A stretch of 64,000 nucleotides of DNA from a virus (Duplodnaviria > Caudoviricetes). The stretch lies in IMG/VR virus record IMGVR_UViG_3300032167_000006, one strand, 5' to 3'. The position numbers were made by a program, and so were the translations under genes. The stretch's first letter is position 1, and the number at the start of each line of letters is the position of its first letter. The notes beneath the pieces are model-generated. The model saw only the letters and a list, made by a program, of their open reading frames with translations, had not been told where the DNA came from and ran no database searches. Positions 45,359 to 54,258 of the stretch are shown here, piece after piece.

Positions 45359-48148
45359 TTATTTCTCCTTCTTTATTTTATCTTCGTCTAATACTTGATC
45401 TATAATTTGTTCATATGATTTATTTGTTCTTTTTCTATGTTCGTTTACATAGCTATTTCGTTTGCCAAGTTTTATAGATAATTCTTTATCAGATTCCCAA
45501 GTAATACCACGGTATTCATTAGGTTTATAATCTAATACTTGATCTATAATTTGTTCATATGATAGACCTTTAGATTTATATAAACCAACATAACTAGCAC
45601 CCTTACCAAGTTTTATAGATAAATCTTTATCATTTTTCCACGTAATGTTTCTATATGAATATTCTTTTTTAGGTTTACCATCTAATACTTGATCTATAAT
45701 TTCCTCATATGATAAGCCTTTAGATTTATATACGCACACATGTCCTTTACCCTTGCCAAGTTTTATAGATAATTCTTTATCAGATTCCCATATAATACCA
45801 CGGTATTCATTAGGTTTATAATCTAATACTTGATCTATAATTTGTTCATATGATAGACCTTTCCTTCTACGTGACATAGATACATAACCATTATTTCTAT
45901 TAAGTTTTCTAGACAAATCAGAATCACTTATCCATATAATACCTCTATATGAATATTCATTAGGTTTATTATCTAAAACCATATCTATAATTTCTTCATA
46001 TGATAAACCTTTATGTATATATCTACTAACGTAAGCTTCATTCTTACCAAGTTTTCTAGATAAATCTTGACCGCTATCCCAAGTAATACCACGGTATTCA
46101 TTAGGTTTATAATCTAATACTTGATCTATAATTTGTTCATATGATAGACCTTTAGATTTATATAAACCAACATAACTAGCACCCTTACCAAGTTTTATAG
46201 ATAAATCAGCATTATTTATCCATATAATACCCCTATATGAATACTCTTTTTTAGGTTTAGGATCTAATACTTTATCTATGATTTCTTCATATGATAGACC
46301 TTTCTTTATATAAGAAGTAACATAATTATCTACTTTACAAAGTTTTTTAGATAATTCTACATTAGTTTTCCATGTAATACCTCTATAAGAATATTCTTTT
46401 TTAGGTTCAGGATCTAAAACCATGTCTATAATTTCTTCATGGCTCATACCCTTTTTAGCATAAAAATATACATATCCTGAATTTTTACCAAGTTTTCTAG
46501 ATAAATCTATATTATTTTCCCATATAATACCACGGTATTCATTAGGTTTATAATCTAATACTTGATCTATAATTTGTTCATATGATAGACCTTTAGATTT
46601 ATATACACATACATAGGTTTTACCCTTACCAAGTTTTATAGATAATTCAGTATCATTCTCCCATGTAATACCACGGTATTCATTAGGTTTATAATCTAAT
46701 ACTTGATCTATAATTTGTTCATATGATAGACCTTTACGTTTAAGTATATTAACATAACTATCATGTTTATTAAGTTTTCTAGATAATTCTATATTTGTTT
46801 CCCATATAATACCACGGTATTCGTTATATGGTTTATAATCTAATATATGATCTATAATTTCCTCATATGATAAGCCTTTACGTTTAAGTATACTAACATA
46901 TTGATTATATTTATTAAGTTTTCTAGACAAATCTGCATCGCTTGCCCATGTAATACCTCTATATGAATACTCACCTCTATATAACTTTTCTAATAATCTA
47001 GTGAAATTAATTAATTCATAAGAACTTGAATCCATTAATATACATCTATTAAATTTTTCAACGTACTTATATCCATATTTAAGTTTATCACCGTAGTAAT
47101 CATCATCAAAAGTTATAGTATTTTGTATATGAGGAGGTGCTATATTTCTATATGATTTATATACATCAACGAATACAGGGCTAACGTCTTTATTCATGAT
47201 ACCAAGCCTACCAAGCATCTGCAGGAATAAGTTATATGAATGCACGTTTCTATATGATATAACACCAGATACTGTTTCAGGATGAATTCCTTCAAGCACC
47301 ATACCAACAGATGCTAATATAGCTTTACCTTTATATGCTTCGAATGCACTAAGTTTGGTTGCTACATTATCCGCCATACTATGTATGACAAATACTTTAT
47401 ATTCGGGAAAATGCTTTTTAAAATATTCTATATTTTCTTCCAGCACTTTAATTTTTGGAAAATACAGTAGCCAATGATTTACATGCGAATATTTTTTCAT
47501 TATCTCACTGATAGCGGTTTTAGTTGTATCCACATTATATCTTTTAGCTATTTTTATTTCTTCAAGCATTTCTTTATATTTTTCATTATTTTTTGCAATA
47601 TCATCTATACAAATAGAATAAGTGATAGGTTGAAGCAGTCCTTCATCAATAGCATCAAGCATATCCTTACCAAATATGCTAACATCGAAAAACTCACTGC
47701 CGGCCATTTTATCATTACAAAATGGTGTAGCAGTAGTACCAAAAACATACGCATCTTTATTAATCTTAACTATATGATTCATAACAGATACTACATTGGC
47801 ACCTTGAACTTTTGAAAATAGATGATGCGCTTCATCCACAAGATATATATCATATTTGAGATGACGCTCTTTTACATGATTGAAATCTGCATAGCAACAC
47901 ATATCTATATACAGATTAATATTTTTAAACTCTTCTTTAATTTTTAGACCATTCCAAATATGCTGTTTGGAAGTAATATACAATACCCTTTTATCTCTAA
48001 AGTATTTATTTACTAAATACATAAAGATGAATGTTTTTCCTAATCCACATGCTTGTGAAAAGAAAATCTTTCTAGCTCCTTCAGCCATAGCACATTCGAT
48101 GTTATCCATCATAATTTGATTGTGCGGAAATAATTTAATTTCTTTCAT
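45359..48148 (-). CDS. SF2 (ResIII-like DExH) helicase/ATPase with 11 C-terminal YRGITW repeats (929 aa)
   Basis: ACGLGKT (I), LVDEAHH (II), GTTATP (III), SVGMVLEGIH (V), QMLGR (VI); repeats counted from translation. Confidence 0.85.
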   Translation of the reverse strand: MKEIKLFPHNQIMMDNIECAMAEGARKIFFSQACGLGKTFIFMYLVNKYFRDKRVLYITSKQHIWNGLKIKEEFKNINLYIDMCCYADFNHVKERHLKYDIYLVDEAHHLFSKVQGANVVSVMNHIVKINKDAYVFGTTATPFCNDKMAGSEFFDVSIFGKDMLDAIDEGLLQPITYSICIDDIAKNNEKYKEMLEEIKIAKRYNVDTTKTAISEIMKKYSHVNHWLLYFPKIKVLEENIEYFKKHFPEYKVFVIHSMADNVATKLSAFEAYKGKAILASVGMVLEGIHPETVSGVISYRNVHSYNLFLQMLGRLGIMNKDVSPVFVDVYKSYRNIAPPHIQNTITFDDDYYGDKLKYGYKYVEKFNRCILMDSSSYELINFTRLLEKLYRGEYSYRGITWASDADLSRKLNKYNQYVSILKRKGLSYEEIIDHILDYKPYNEYRGIIWETNIELSRKLNKHDSYVNILKRKGLSYEQIIDQVLDYKPNEYRGITWENDTELSIKLGKGKTYVCVYKSKGLSYEQIIDQVLDYKPNEYRGIIWENNIDLSRKLGKNSGYVYFYAKKGMSHEEIIDMVLDPEPKKEYSYRGITWKTNVELSKKLCKVDNYVTSYIKKGLSYEEIIDKVLDPKPKKEYSYRGIIWINNADLSIKLGKGASYVGLYKSKGLSYEQIIDQVLDYKPNEYRGITWDSGQDLSRKLGKNEAYVSRYIHKGLSYEEIIDMVLDNKPNEYSYRGIIWISDSDLSRKLNRNNGYVSMSRRRKGLSYEQIIDQVLDYKPNEYRGIIWESDKELSIKLGKGKGHVCVYKSKGLSYEEIIDQVLDGKPKKEYSYRNITWKNDKDLSIKLGKGASYVGLYKSKGLSYEQIIDQVLDYKPNEYRGITWESDKELSIKLGKRNSYVNEHRKRTNKSYEQIIDQVLDEDKIKKEK
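45380..46972 (-). repeat. Coding tandem repeat array, 11 x ~141-153 bp
   Basis: Unit YRGI[TI]W-x4-LS[RI]KLGK-x3-YV-x5-KGLSYE[EQ]IID.VLD; 45495-45625 and 46077-46207 are identical over 131 bp. Confidence 0.95.
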
Positions 48149-48218
48149 AGTAATTGATTACACATTTTAATTAAAATACATTTAATATTTTTCTTATGTG
48201 TTTACCTTTCTTAGTTTT

Positions 48219-48266
48219 TAGATAGTAGGGTAATAACCCTACTATCTATTTTTATAATATATGATT
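48219..48266 (-). promoter_or_regulatory. Early-type promoter motif (48254-48266) plus 13-bp leader hairpin (48219-48248)
   Basis: Minus strand AATCATATATTAT then TAGATAGTAGGGT-N4-ACCCTACTATCTA; duplicated at 50411-50463. Confidence 0.55.
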
Positions 48267-48269
48267 ATA

Positions 48270-50330
48270 TTATTTATCTTTTTCATCTTTTTTATCTAAA
48301 ACTTTATCTATTATTTCTTCGTATGATAGACCTTTAGATTTATAATGACATACATAATTTTCACTCTTACCAAGTTTTCTAGATAGATCTTGATCACTTA
48401 TCCAAATAATTCCTCGATATGAATTATTATCTGGTTTACAATCTAAAACTTTATCTATTATTTCTTCGTATGATAGACCTTTATGTCTTTGTATGACAAC
48501 ATACCTATCACATTTACCAAGTTTTCTAGATAAATTATTATCAGTACTCCAAGTGACGCCTCTATAAGTTTTAAATTTATCTAATATTCGATCTATTATT
48601 TCTTCATACGATAAACCATTGCGCCTATACAAACTAACATATGTATTACTCATACCAAGTTTTCTTGATAATTCAGCGTTAGTCATCCAAGTAATGCCTC
48701 TATACGAATGACTACTTGGTTTTAGATCTAATACTTGATCTATGATTTCTTCATAAGTCATACCTCTACGTTTACAATTATTTACATAAAAATCATTTTT
48801 ACTAAGTTTTATAGATAATTCTTTATCAGTATTCCAAGTAATACCACGGTATTCATTGGATTTATAATCTAACACTTTATCTATAATTTGCTCAATAGTT
48901 AATCCCATAGCTTTAAATTTACATAAATAATTACAACTTTTACCAAGTTTTTCGCACAACTCAGCTTCGGTTCTCCATGTAAATCCCCTATAGGTTTTAA
49001 CATCTTGCTTATAATCTAGAACTTGATCTATTATTTCTTCGTATGATAGACCTTTATGTTTATAGTAACACACATAACCGATATGTTTACCAAGTTTTCT
49101 AGATAAATCTTCATCACATGTCCAAACAATACTACGATATACATGCTGAGGTTGTTTATATATATTTTCTAATATATCAGAAAATTTAATTAATTCATAA
49201 GTACTAGTATGAAGTAATACACATTTTCTTATTCTTTCAGAAATTTCACATTCTGAATTTTTAGATTTATCAATATGAAATTCTTCATAACCTGTCATAG
49301 TATTTCCTATTTGTGGAGGCTTTATATTGTCATAAGATTTATAGATATCTATAAATACAGGACTGATATCTCTATTCATAATGCCAAGTCTACCAATCAT
49401 TTGCAGAAATAAATTGTATGAATAAGTATTTCTATATGATAAAATACCTCCAATTGTTCTTGGATGTACCCCCTCTAGTATCATAGAAACAGATGCTAGT
49501 ATTGCTTTGCCTTCATAAGATTCAAATTCATCCAGAACATTTTCCATATCATCTACTTTACTGTGAAGAATAAAGATTTTGTACTCTGGAAAATATTTAT
49601 TAAAATATAGTATATCATCTTCTAATTCCTGAATTCTTGGAAAATATAACAACCAATGATTTATATGTGAAAATTCATTCATTACACTACGAATAGTTGT
49701 TTTGGTTGTATCCACATTATATTTCTTTGCTATATTTTTCATTTCCTTCATATAGTGACGCACTTCTCTATTTTTAACTACGTCATCTATAGCAATAGCA
49801 TAGTTAATAGGCTGAAGTAACTTTTCTTCTATAGCTTCCAAGATATTCTTACCTACTATAGATACATCAAAAAATGCATCGCCCACCATTTTTCCTTCAA
49901 AATATGGTGTAGCAGTCATACCAAAAATATATGCATTTTTATTCTTTTTAATTGTATGGTTTGTAATAGATACAATATTTTTTCCTTGAACATCGGAGAA
50001 TAAATGATGCGCTTCATCTATAAAATATACATCATAATCATAATGATGCGCTTTTATTTCATTAAAATCAGCGTAGCAACATACGTCTACGCAATGCTTA
50101 ATATTTGAGAATTCTTTATACATATTCATATTTTTCCAAATATGATATGTTGGGCAGATATACAACACTCTTTTATTTTTGAAATGCTTATTGATTAAAT
50201 ACATGAAAACAAAAGATTTACCCAAGCCAGTTGCTTCAGTAAAAAAGATTTTTCTCATGCCTTCATTCATTGCTTTTTCGATTTCGTTAACTATAATTTG
50301 ATTGTGCTCAAATAATTTAATTTCTTTCAT
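48270..50330 (-). CDS. SF2 (ResIII-like DExH) helicase/ATPase with 6 C-terminal YRGITW repeats (686 aa)
   Basis: ATGLGKS, FIDEAHH, GMTATP, SVSMILEGVH, QMIGR; six repeats at ~48290-49148. Confidence 0.85.
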   Translation of the reverse strand: MKEIKLFEHNQIIVNEIEKAMNEGMRKIFFTEATGLGKSFVFMYLINKHFKNKRVLYICPTYHIWKNMNMYKEFSNIKHCVDVCCYADFNEIKAHHYDYDVYFIDEAHHLFSDVQGKNIVSITNHTIKKNKNAYIFGMTATPYFEGKMVGDAFFDVSIVGKNILEAIEEKLLQPINYAIAIDDVVKNREVRHYMKEMKNIAKKYNVDTTKTTIRSVMNEFSHINHWLLYFPRIQELEDDILYFNKYFPEYKIFILHSKVDDMENVLDEFESYEGKAILASVSMILEGVHPRTIGGILSYRNTYSYNLFLQMIGRLGIMNRDISPVFIDIYKSYDNIKPPQIGNTMTGYEEFHIDKSKNSECEISERIRKCVLLHTSTYELIKFSDILENIYKQPQHVYRSIVWTCDEDLSRKLGKHIGYVCYYKHKGLSYEEIIDQVLDYKQDVKTYRGFTWRTEAELCEKLGKSCNYLCKFKAMGLTIEQIIDKVLDYKSNEYRGITWNTDKELSIKLSKNDFYVNNCKRRGMTYEEIIDQVLDLKPSSHSYRGITWMTNAELSRKLGMSNTYVSLYRRNGLSYEEIIDRILDKFKTYRGVTWSTDNNLSRKLGKCDRYVVIQRHKGLSYEEIIDKVLDCKPDNNSYRGIIWISDQDLSRKLGKSENYVCHYKSKGLSYEEIIDKVLDKKDEKDK

Positions 50331-50410
50331 AGTACTTTAATTACACATTTTAACCAATATAGTTAATATTTTTCTTATGTGTTTTCCTTTCTCAAAATAT
50401 AATATAATTT

Positions 50411-50463
50411 TAGATAGTAGGGTAATATCACCCTACTATCTATTTTTATAATAATATATGATT
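50411..50463 (-). promoter_or_regulatory. Second copy of promoter motif plus 13-bp leader hairpin
   Basis: AATCATATATTAT (50451-50463) and TAGATAGTAGGGT-N6-ACCCTACTATCTA (50411-50442). Confidence 0.55.
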
Positions 50464-50466
50464 ATA

Positions 50467-52938
50467 TTATTTATCTTTTTCATCTAGAACTTTATCTATT
50501 ATTTCTTCGTATGACATACCTTTAGATTTATACATGCCCACATAATGATTCGCTTTACCAAGTTTTCTAGATAAATCAGAATCAGATTCCCATGTAATAC
50601 CACGGTATTCATTAGGTTTACTATCTAATATGCGATCTATGATTTGTTCATATGATAAGCCATTTCTATTTTTATGTGTATTAACATAATCTTTACACTT
50701 ACCAAGTTTTATAGATAGATCTTTATCATTTTCCCATGTAATACCACGGTATTCATTAGGTTTATAATCTAATACTTGATCTATAATTTGTTCATATGAT
50801 AAGCCTTTACGTTTATATTTGGATACATATGTATTTTGCTTACCAAGTTTTCTGGATAGATCATAATCAGATATCCAAGTAATACCTCTATATGAACGTT
50901 CTTCTTTAGGTTTACTATCTAATATGCGATCTATGATTTGTTCATATGATAGACCTTTAGATTTATACATACTAACATAATGATCTGCTTTACCAAGTTT
51001 TCTAGATAAATCTCTACCACTTTCCCATATAATACCACGGTATTCGTTATATGGTTTTGACTCTAATACTCGATCGATAATTTGTTCATGTAATAAACCT
51101 TTACGTTTTTGATTATACACATACGCTATACCTTTACCAAGTTTTCTAGATAAATCAGAATCAGATTCCCATGTAATTCCTCGATATGTTTTATATTTAC
51201 CATCTAATATGCGATCTATAATTTGTTCATATGATAGACCCTTACGTTTATATAAAGTTATATAAGAATTACACTTACCAAGTTTTATAGATAGATCTTT
51301 ATCATTTTCCCATGTAATACCACGGTATTCATTAGGTTTATAATCTAATACTTGATCTATAATTTGTTCATATGATAAGCCTTTAGATTTGTATAAACTA
51401 ACATAATTTTTATGCTTACCAAGTTTTATAGATAAATCATTATCAGATTCCCATGTAATTCCTCGATATGTTTTATATTTACCATCTAATACTTGATCTA
51501 TAATTTGTTCATATGATAGACCTTTTCTTTTATGCATATTTACATAAGAATCACTCTTAAAGAGTTTTCTAGATAAATCTTTACCGTTTATCCAAGTAAT
51601 ACCTCTATATGAACGTTCTTCTTTAGGTTTACTATCTAATATGCGATCTATGATTTGTTCATATGATAGACCTTTAGATTTACGACAAAATACATATGTA
51701 TTTTTCTTACCAAGTTTTCTGGATAGATCATAATCAGATATCCAAGTAATACCACGATATGAATATTCTTGATGCGAATTATCTAATTTTTCTAATAAAT
51801 TAGAAAAATTAAGTATTTCATAAACACTTGAATGTATTAACATGCATTCTGTATTTTTGACTACTTTTTCACCATTAGCAAATTTAATTTCATGACAATC
51901 ATCAATTACAATAGGATTGTTTATCGGAGGACGTATATTTCTATATGATTTATATATATCTACAAATACAGGCTTTATATCGCGACTCATAACACCGAGC
52001 CTGCCAATCATTTGCATAAATAAATTATATGAATGCACATTTCTATATGATAAAACACCATGTACGGTTTTAGGATGAACGCCTTCGAGAATCATACCTA
52101 CAGATGCCAATATAGCTTTACCTTCATATGCTTCAAATTCATCCAAAACATTTTCACATTCTATTTCGCTATGAAGAACAAATACTTTATAATCAGGAAA
52201 ATGCTTTTTGAAGTATTCTATATTTTCTTCTAATTCTTGTATTAATGGAAAATATAATAACCAATGATTAACATATGAAAAGTCATTCATTATGTTTTCA
52301 ATGGTCATTTTTGTTGTATCTATATTATAAAGTATAGCCGCATCTTCCATTTCTTGCATTTCGGGGTTTTCTCTAACAGTTTTAACCACGTCATCTATAG
52401 CAATAGCATATGTTATAGGCTGTAATAATTTTTCCTTTACAGCTTGAAATATATCTTTGCCCATTATAGATACGTCGAAAAATGCATTTCCTACCATTTT
52501 ATTTTCATGATATGGTGTAGCTGTCATACCAAAAGCATATGCATCTTTATTATTCTCAATTAAAGTATTTATAACAGATGCTATATTACTTCCCTGAATA
52601 TCTGAAAATAAGTGATGTGCTTCGTCTATAAAATATACATCATACTCAAAATGATGTTCTTTTATATTATTAAAGGCTGCATAGCAGCACATATCAACGC
52701 AATGCTCAATATTTTTAAATTCTTCATTCGATTTTACCTGTTTCCAAATGTAATATGTAGGACAAATATACAATACTTTTTTATCTTTAAAGTATTTATT
52801 TACTAAATACATAAAAATGAATGTTTTTCCTAACGAACATGCTTCCGAAAAGAAAATTTTTCTTATACCTTCAGCCATAACGCACTCGATGTCATCCACC
52901 ATAATTTGATTGTGCGGTAACAATTTAATTTCTTTCAT
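50467..52938 (-). CDS. SF2 (ResIII-like DExH) helicase/ATPase with 9 C-terminal YRGITW repeats (823 aa)
   Basis: ACSLGKT (variant Walker A), FIDEAHH, GMTATP, SVGMILEGVH, QMIGR; nine repeats at ~50480-51768. Confidence 0.85.
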   Translation of the reverse strand: MKEIKLLPHNQIMVDDIECVMAEGIRKIFFSEACSLGKTFIFMYLVNKYFKDKKVLYICPTYYIWKQVKSNEEFKNIEHCVDMCCYAAFNNIKEHHFEYDVYFIDEAHHLFSDIQGSNIASVINTLIENNKDAYAFGMTATPYHENKMVGNAFFDVSIMGKDIFQAVKEKLLQPITYAIAIDDVVKTVRENPEMQEMEDAAILYNIDTTKMTIENIMNDFSYVNHWLLYFPLIQELEENIEYFKKHFPDYKVFVLHSEIECENVLDEFEAYEGKAILASVGMILEGVHPKTVHGVLSYRNVHSYNLFMQMIGRLGVMSRDIKPVFVDIYKSYRNIRPPINNPIVIDDCHEIKFANGEKVVKNTECMLIHSSVYEILNFSNLLEKLDNSHQEYSYRGITWISDYDLSRKLGKKNTYVFCRKSKGLSYEQIIDRILDSKPKEERSYRGITWINGKDLSRKLFKSDSYVNMHKRKGLSYEQIIDQVLDGKYKTYRGITWESDNDLSIKLGKHKNYVSLYKSKGLSYEQIIDQVLDYKPNEYRGITWENDKDLSIKLGKCNSYITLYKRKGLSYEQIIDRILDGKYKTYRGITWESDSDLSRKLGKGIAYVYNQKRKGLLHEQIIDRVLESKPYNEYRGIIWESGRDLSRKLGKADHYVSMYKSKGLSYEQIIDRILDSKPKEERSYRGITWISDYDLSRKLGKQNTYVSKYKRKGLSYEQIIDQVLDYKPNEYRGITWENDKDLSIKLGKCKDYVNTHKNRNGLSYEQIIDRILDSKPNEYRGITWESDSDLSRKLGKANHYVGMYKSKGMSYEEIIDKVLDEKDK

Positions 52939-52943
52939 GGTAC

Positions 52944-53366
52944 TTAATTACACTTTTTATCTAAAATATAATCGATAATTTCTTCGTGTGTTTTTCCTTT
53001 CTTAATATTAGCCGAAACATAATCTCGACTCATACCTAACTTTATAGATAAATCATTATTAGATTTCCATTTAATCCCTCTATAGGAATACTTTCCATCT
53101 AATGCTTCATCTATAATCTCTTCATAGGCCATACCTTTATTTAATCTGCTTAAAACAAAGTCTTTTCCTACTTTTAAATTTCTAGCGAGTTCTCTATTAC
53201 TGCCCCAGATGATATTTCTATATCTTCTATATCTAAGAGCATAATCAATAATCTCATCATATGTTTTACCCATATGCAAATGATGTGCAACATAACCAGG
53301 ATATTTACCAAGTTTTCTTGACAATTCTCTATCTGAACGCCATGTTATTCCTCTACATTCATTCAT
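52944..53366 (-). CDS. Stand-alone protein of three YRGITW repeats (140 aa)
   Basis: AAGGAG RBS; CRGITW.., YRNIIW.. and YRGIKW.. units, each ending in EIID.(A/I)L. Confidence 0.85.
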   Translation of the reverse strand: MNECRGITWRSDRELSRKLGKYPGYVAHHLHMGKTYDEIIDYALRYRRYRNIIWGSNRELARNLKVGKDFVLSRLNKGMAYEEIIDEALDGKYSYRGIKWKSNNDLSIKLGMSRDYVSANIKKGKTHEEIIDYILDKKCN

Positions 53367-53377
53367 GGTACTGCTCC

Positions 53378-53755
53378 TTAGATTATTCTTCTATAACTAG
53401 AGCCATATCCTTCAGAAACAAGAAGTTCAGTCTCTGTAGTTCTAGAGTTTGTTTTCCATGGAAATACCATTGTATTTATACCAGCAGCTTCTGCTGCTTC
53501 AGAAAGCATTCTGCAAGGATTATAATCGCAATCAAGAAAAATTGTAGGGCTATCATCATTTAAAAGAGCATTAGTCAAAACCTCTTCAAACTTATCAAGC
53601 TGATCTACAGTAGGTTCATTTTTCATAGCTATAGTATCTGCCAATATACCCGATAAGATGCTTGAGAATGAATTATCTCCATTATCGTGTCTAGCACATG
53701 TTAATTGTGATCTCCACCACTGAGCTGTTGCTTTTGCTAATTCTTTGTTATTCAT
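53378..53755 (-). CDS. Hypothetical phage protein (125 aa), first gene of the repeat-helicase operon
   Basis: AAGGAG RBS; early motif TAATTATATATTATAA at 53825-53840. Confidence 0.75.
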   Translation of the reverse strand: MNNKELAKATAQWWRSQLTCARHDNGDNSFSSILSGILADTIAMKNEPTVDQLDKFEEVLTNALLNDDSPTIFLDCDYNPCRMLSEAAEAAGINTMVFPWKTNSRTTETELLVSEGYGSSYRRII

Positions 53756-53866
53756 TTGATTTTTCTCCTTAGTTTTAATATTTTTTAGAATTAGTTATTA
53801 AGTAATTAATACTTATATTCAAAGTTATAATATATAATTAAAATATAAAAAATTTACGAAAAAATA

Positions 53867-53894
53867 AAATAGAAGGGATTTCTCCCTTCTATTT
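53867..53894 (-). terminator. Hairpin terminator
   Basis: AAATAGAAGGGA-TTTC-TCCCTTCTATTT (GAAA loop, U-tract on the minus strand). Confidence 0.75.
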
Positions 53895-54189
53895 AATATC
53901 TGGTTGTTAACCCTAAACTCTTTGCTTTTGCTGCAATAGCAGCTTTAGATCTTCTAGGAATATAGAAAGAAACCTTAGTTCCCATATTGCAATAGTATTT
54001 AATAAGAATATCTAATTCTTCTTTAGACCATCTAGTTCTATCGTATGTTATACCAAGCTTTGAAGCTTGAGCTCTACAAGCTTTAAAAGTTCTACCTGGA
54101 AGATGATTAACAATATCTTTACCTATAGTTTGATAATACTTTTTAAGTATAGCATTTTCTTCTTCAGTCCATTTTTTTCTTTCGCTCAT
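53893..54189 (-). CDS. Two-repeat Myb/SANT-like DNA-binding protein (98 aa)
   Basis: KKWTEEENAILKKYY...LPGRT..ACRAQASKLG and RWSKEELDILIKYY...IPRRS..AIAAKAKSLG; own promoter motif (54248-54260), leader hairpin (54218-54243) and terminator. Confidence 0.75.
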   Translation of the reverse strand: MSERKKWTEEENAILKKYYQTIGKDIVNHLPGRTFKACRAQASKLGITYDRTRWSKEELDILIKYYCNMGTKVSFYIPRRSKAAIAAKAKSLGLTTRY

Positions 54190-54258
54190 AATATATTTCT
54201 CCTTAACAAAATAAATATTGGTATAGACTCTCGTCTATACCAACTTTATATTATACAA

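Noticed and set aside
45380-53366. Repeat arrays as a CRISPR array (conserved blocks alternating with variable blocks)
   Set aside because: Period ~141-153 bp in multiples of 3, open reading frame throughout, synonymous variation in the conserved blocks and no cas genes; these are protein-coding repeats
44481-53366. Diversity-generating retroelement as the source of repeat variability
   Set aside because: No reverse transcriptase or non-coding template repeat in the window, and variation is not visibly restricted to adenines; cannot be excluded genome-wide
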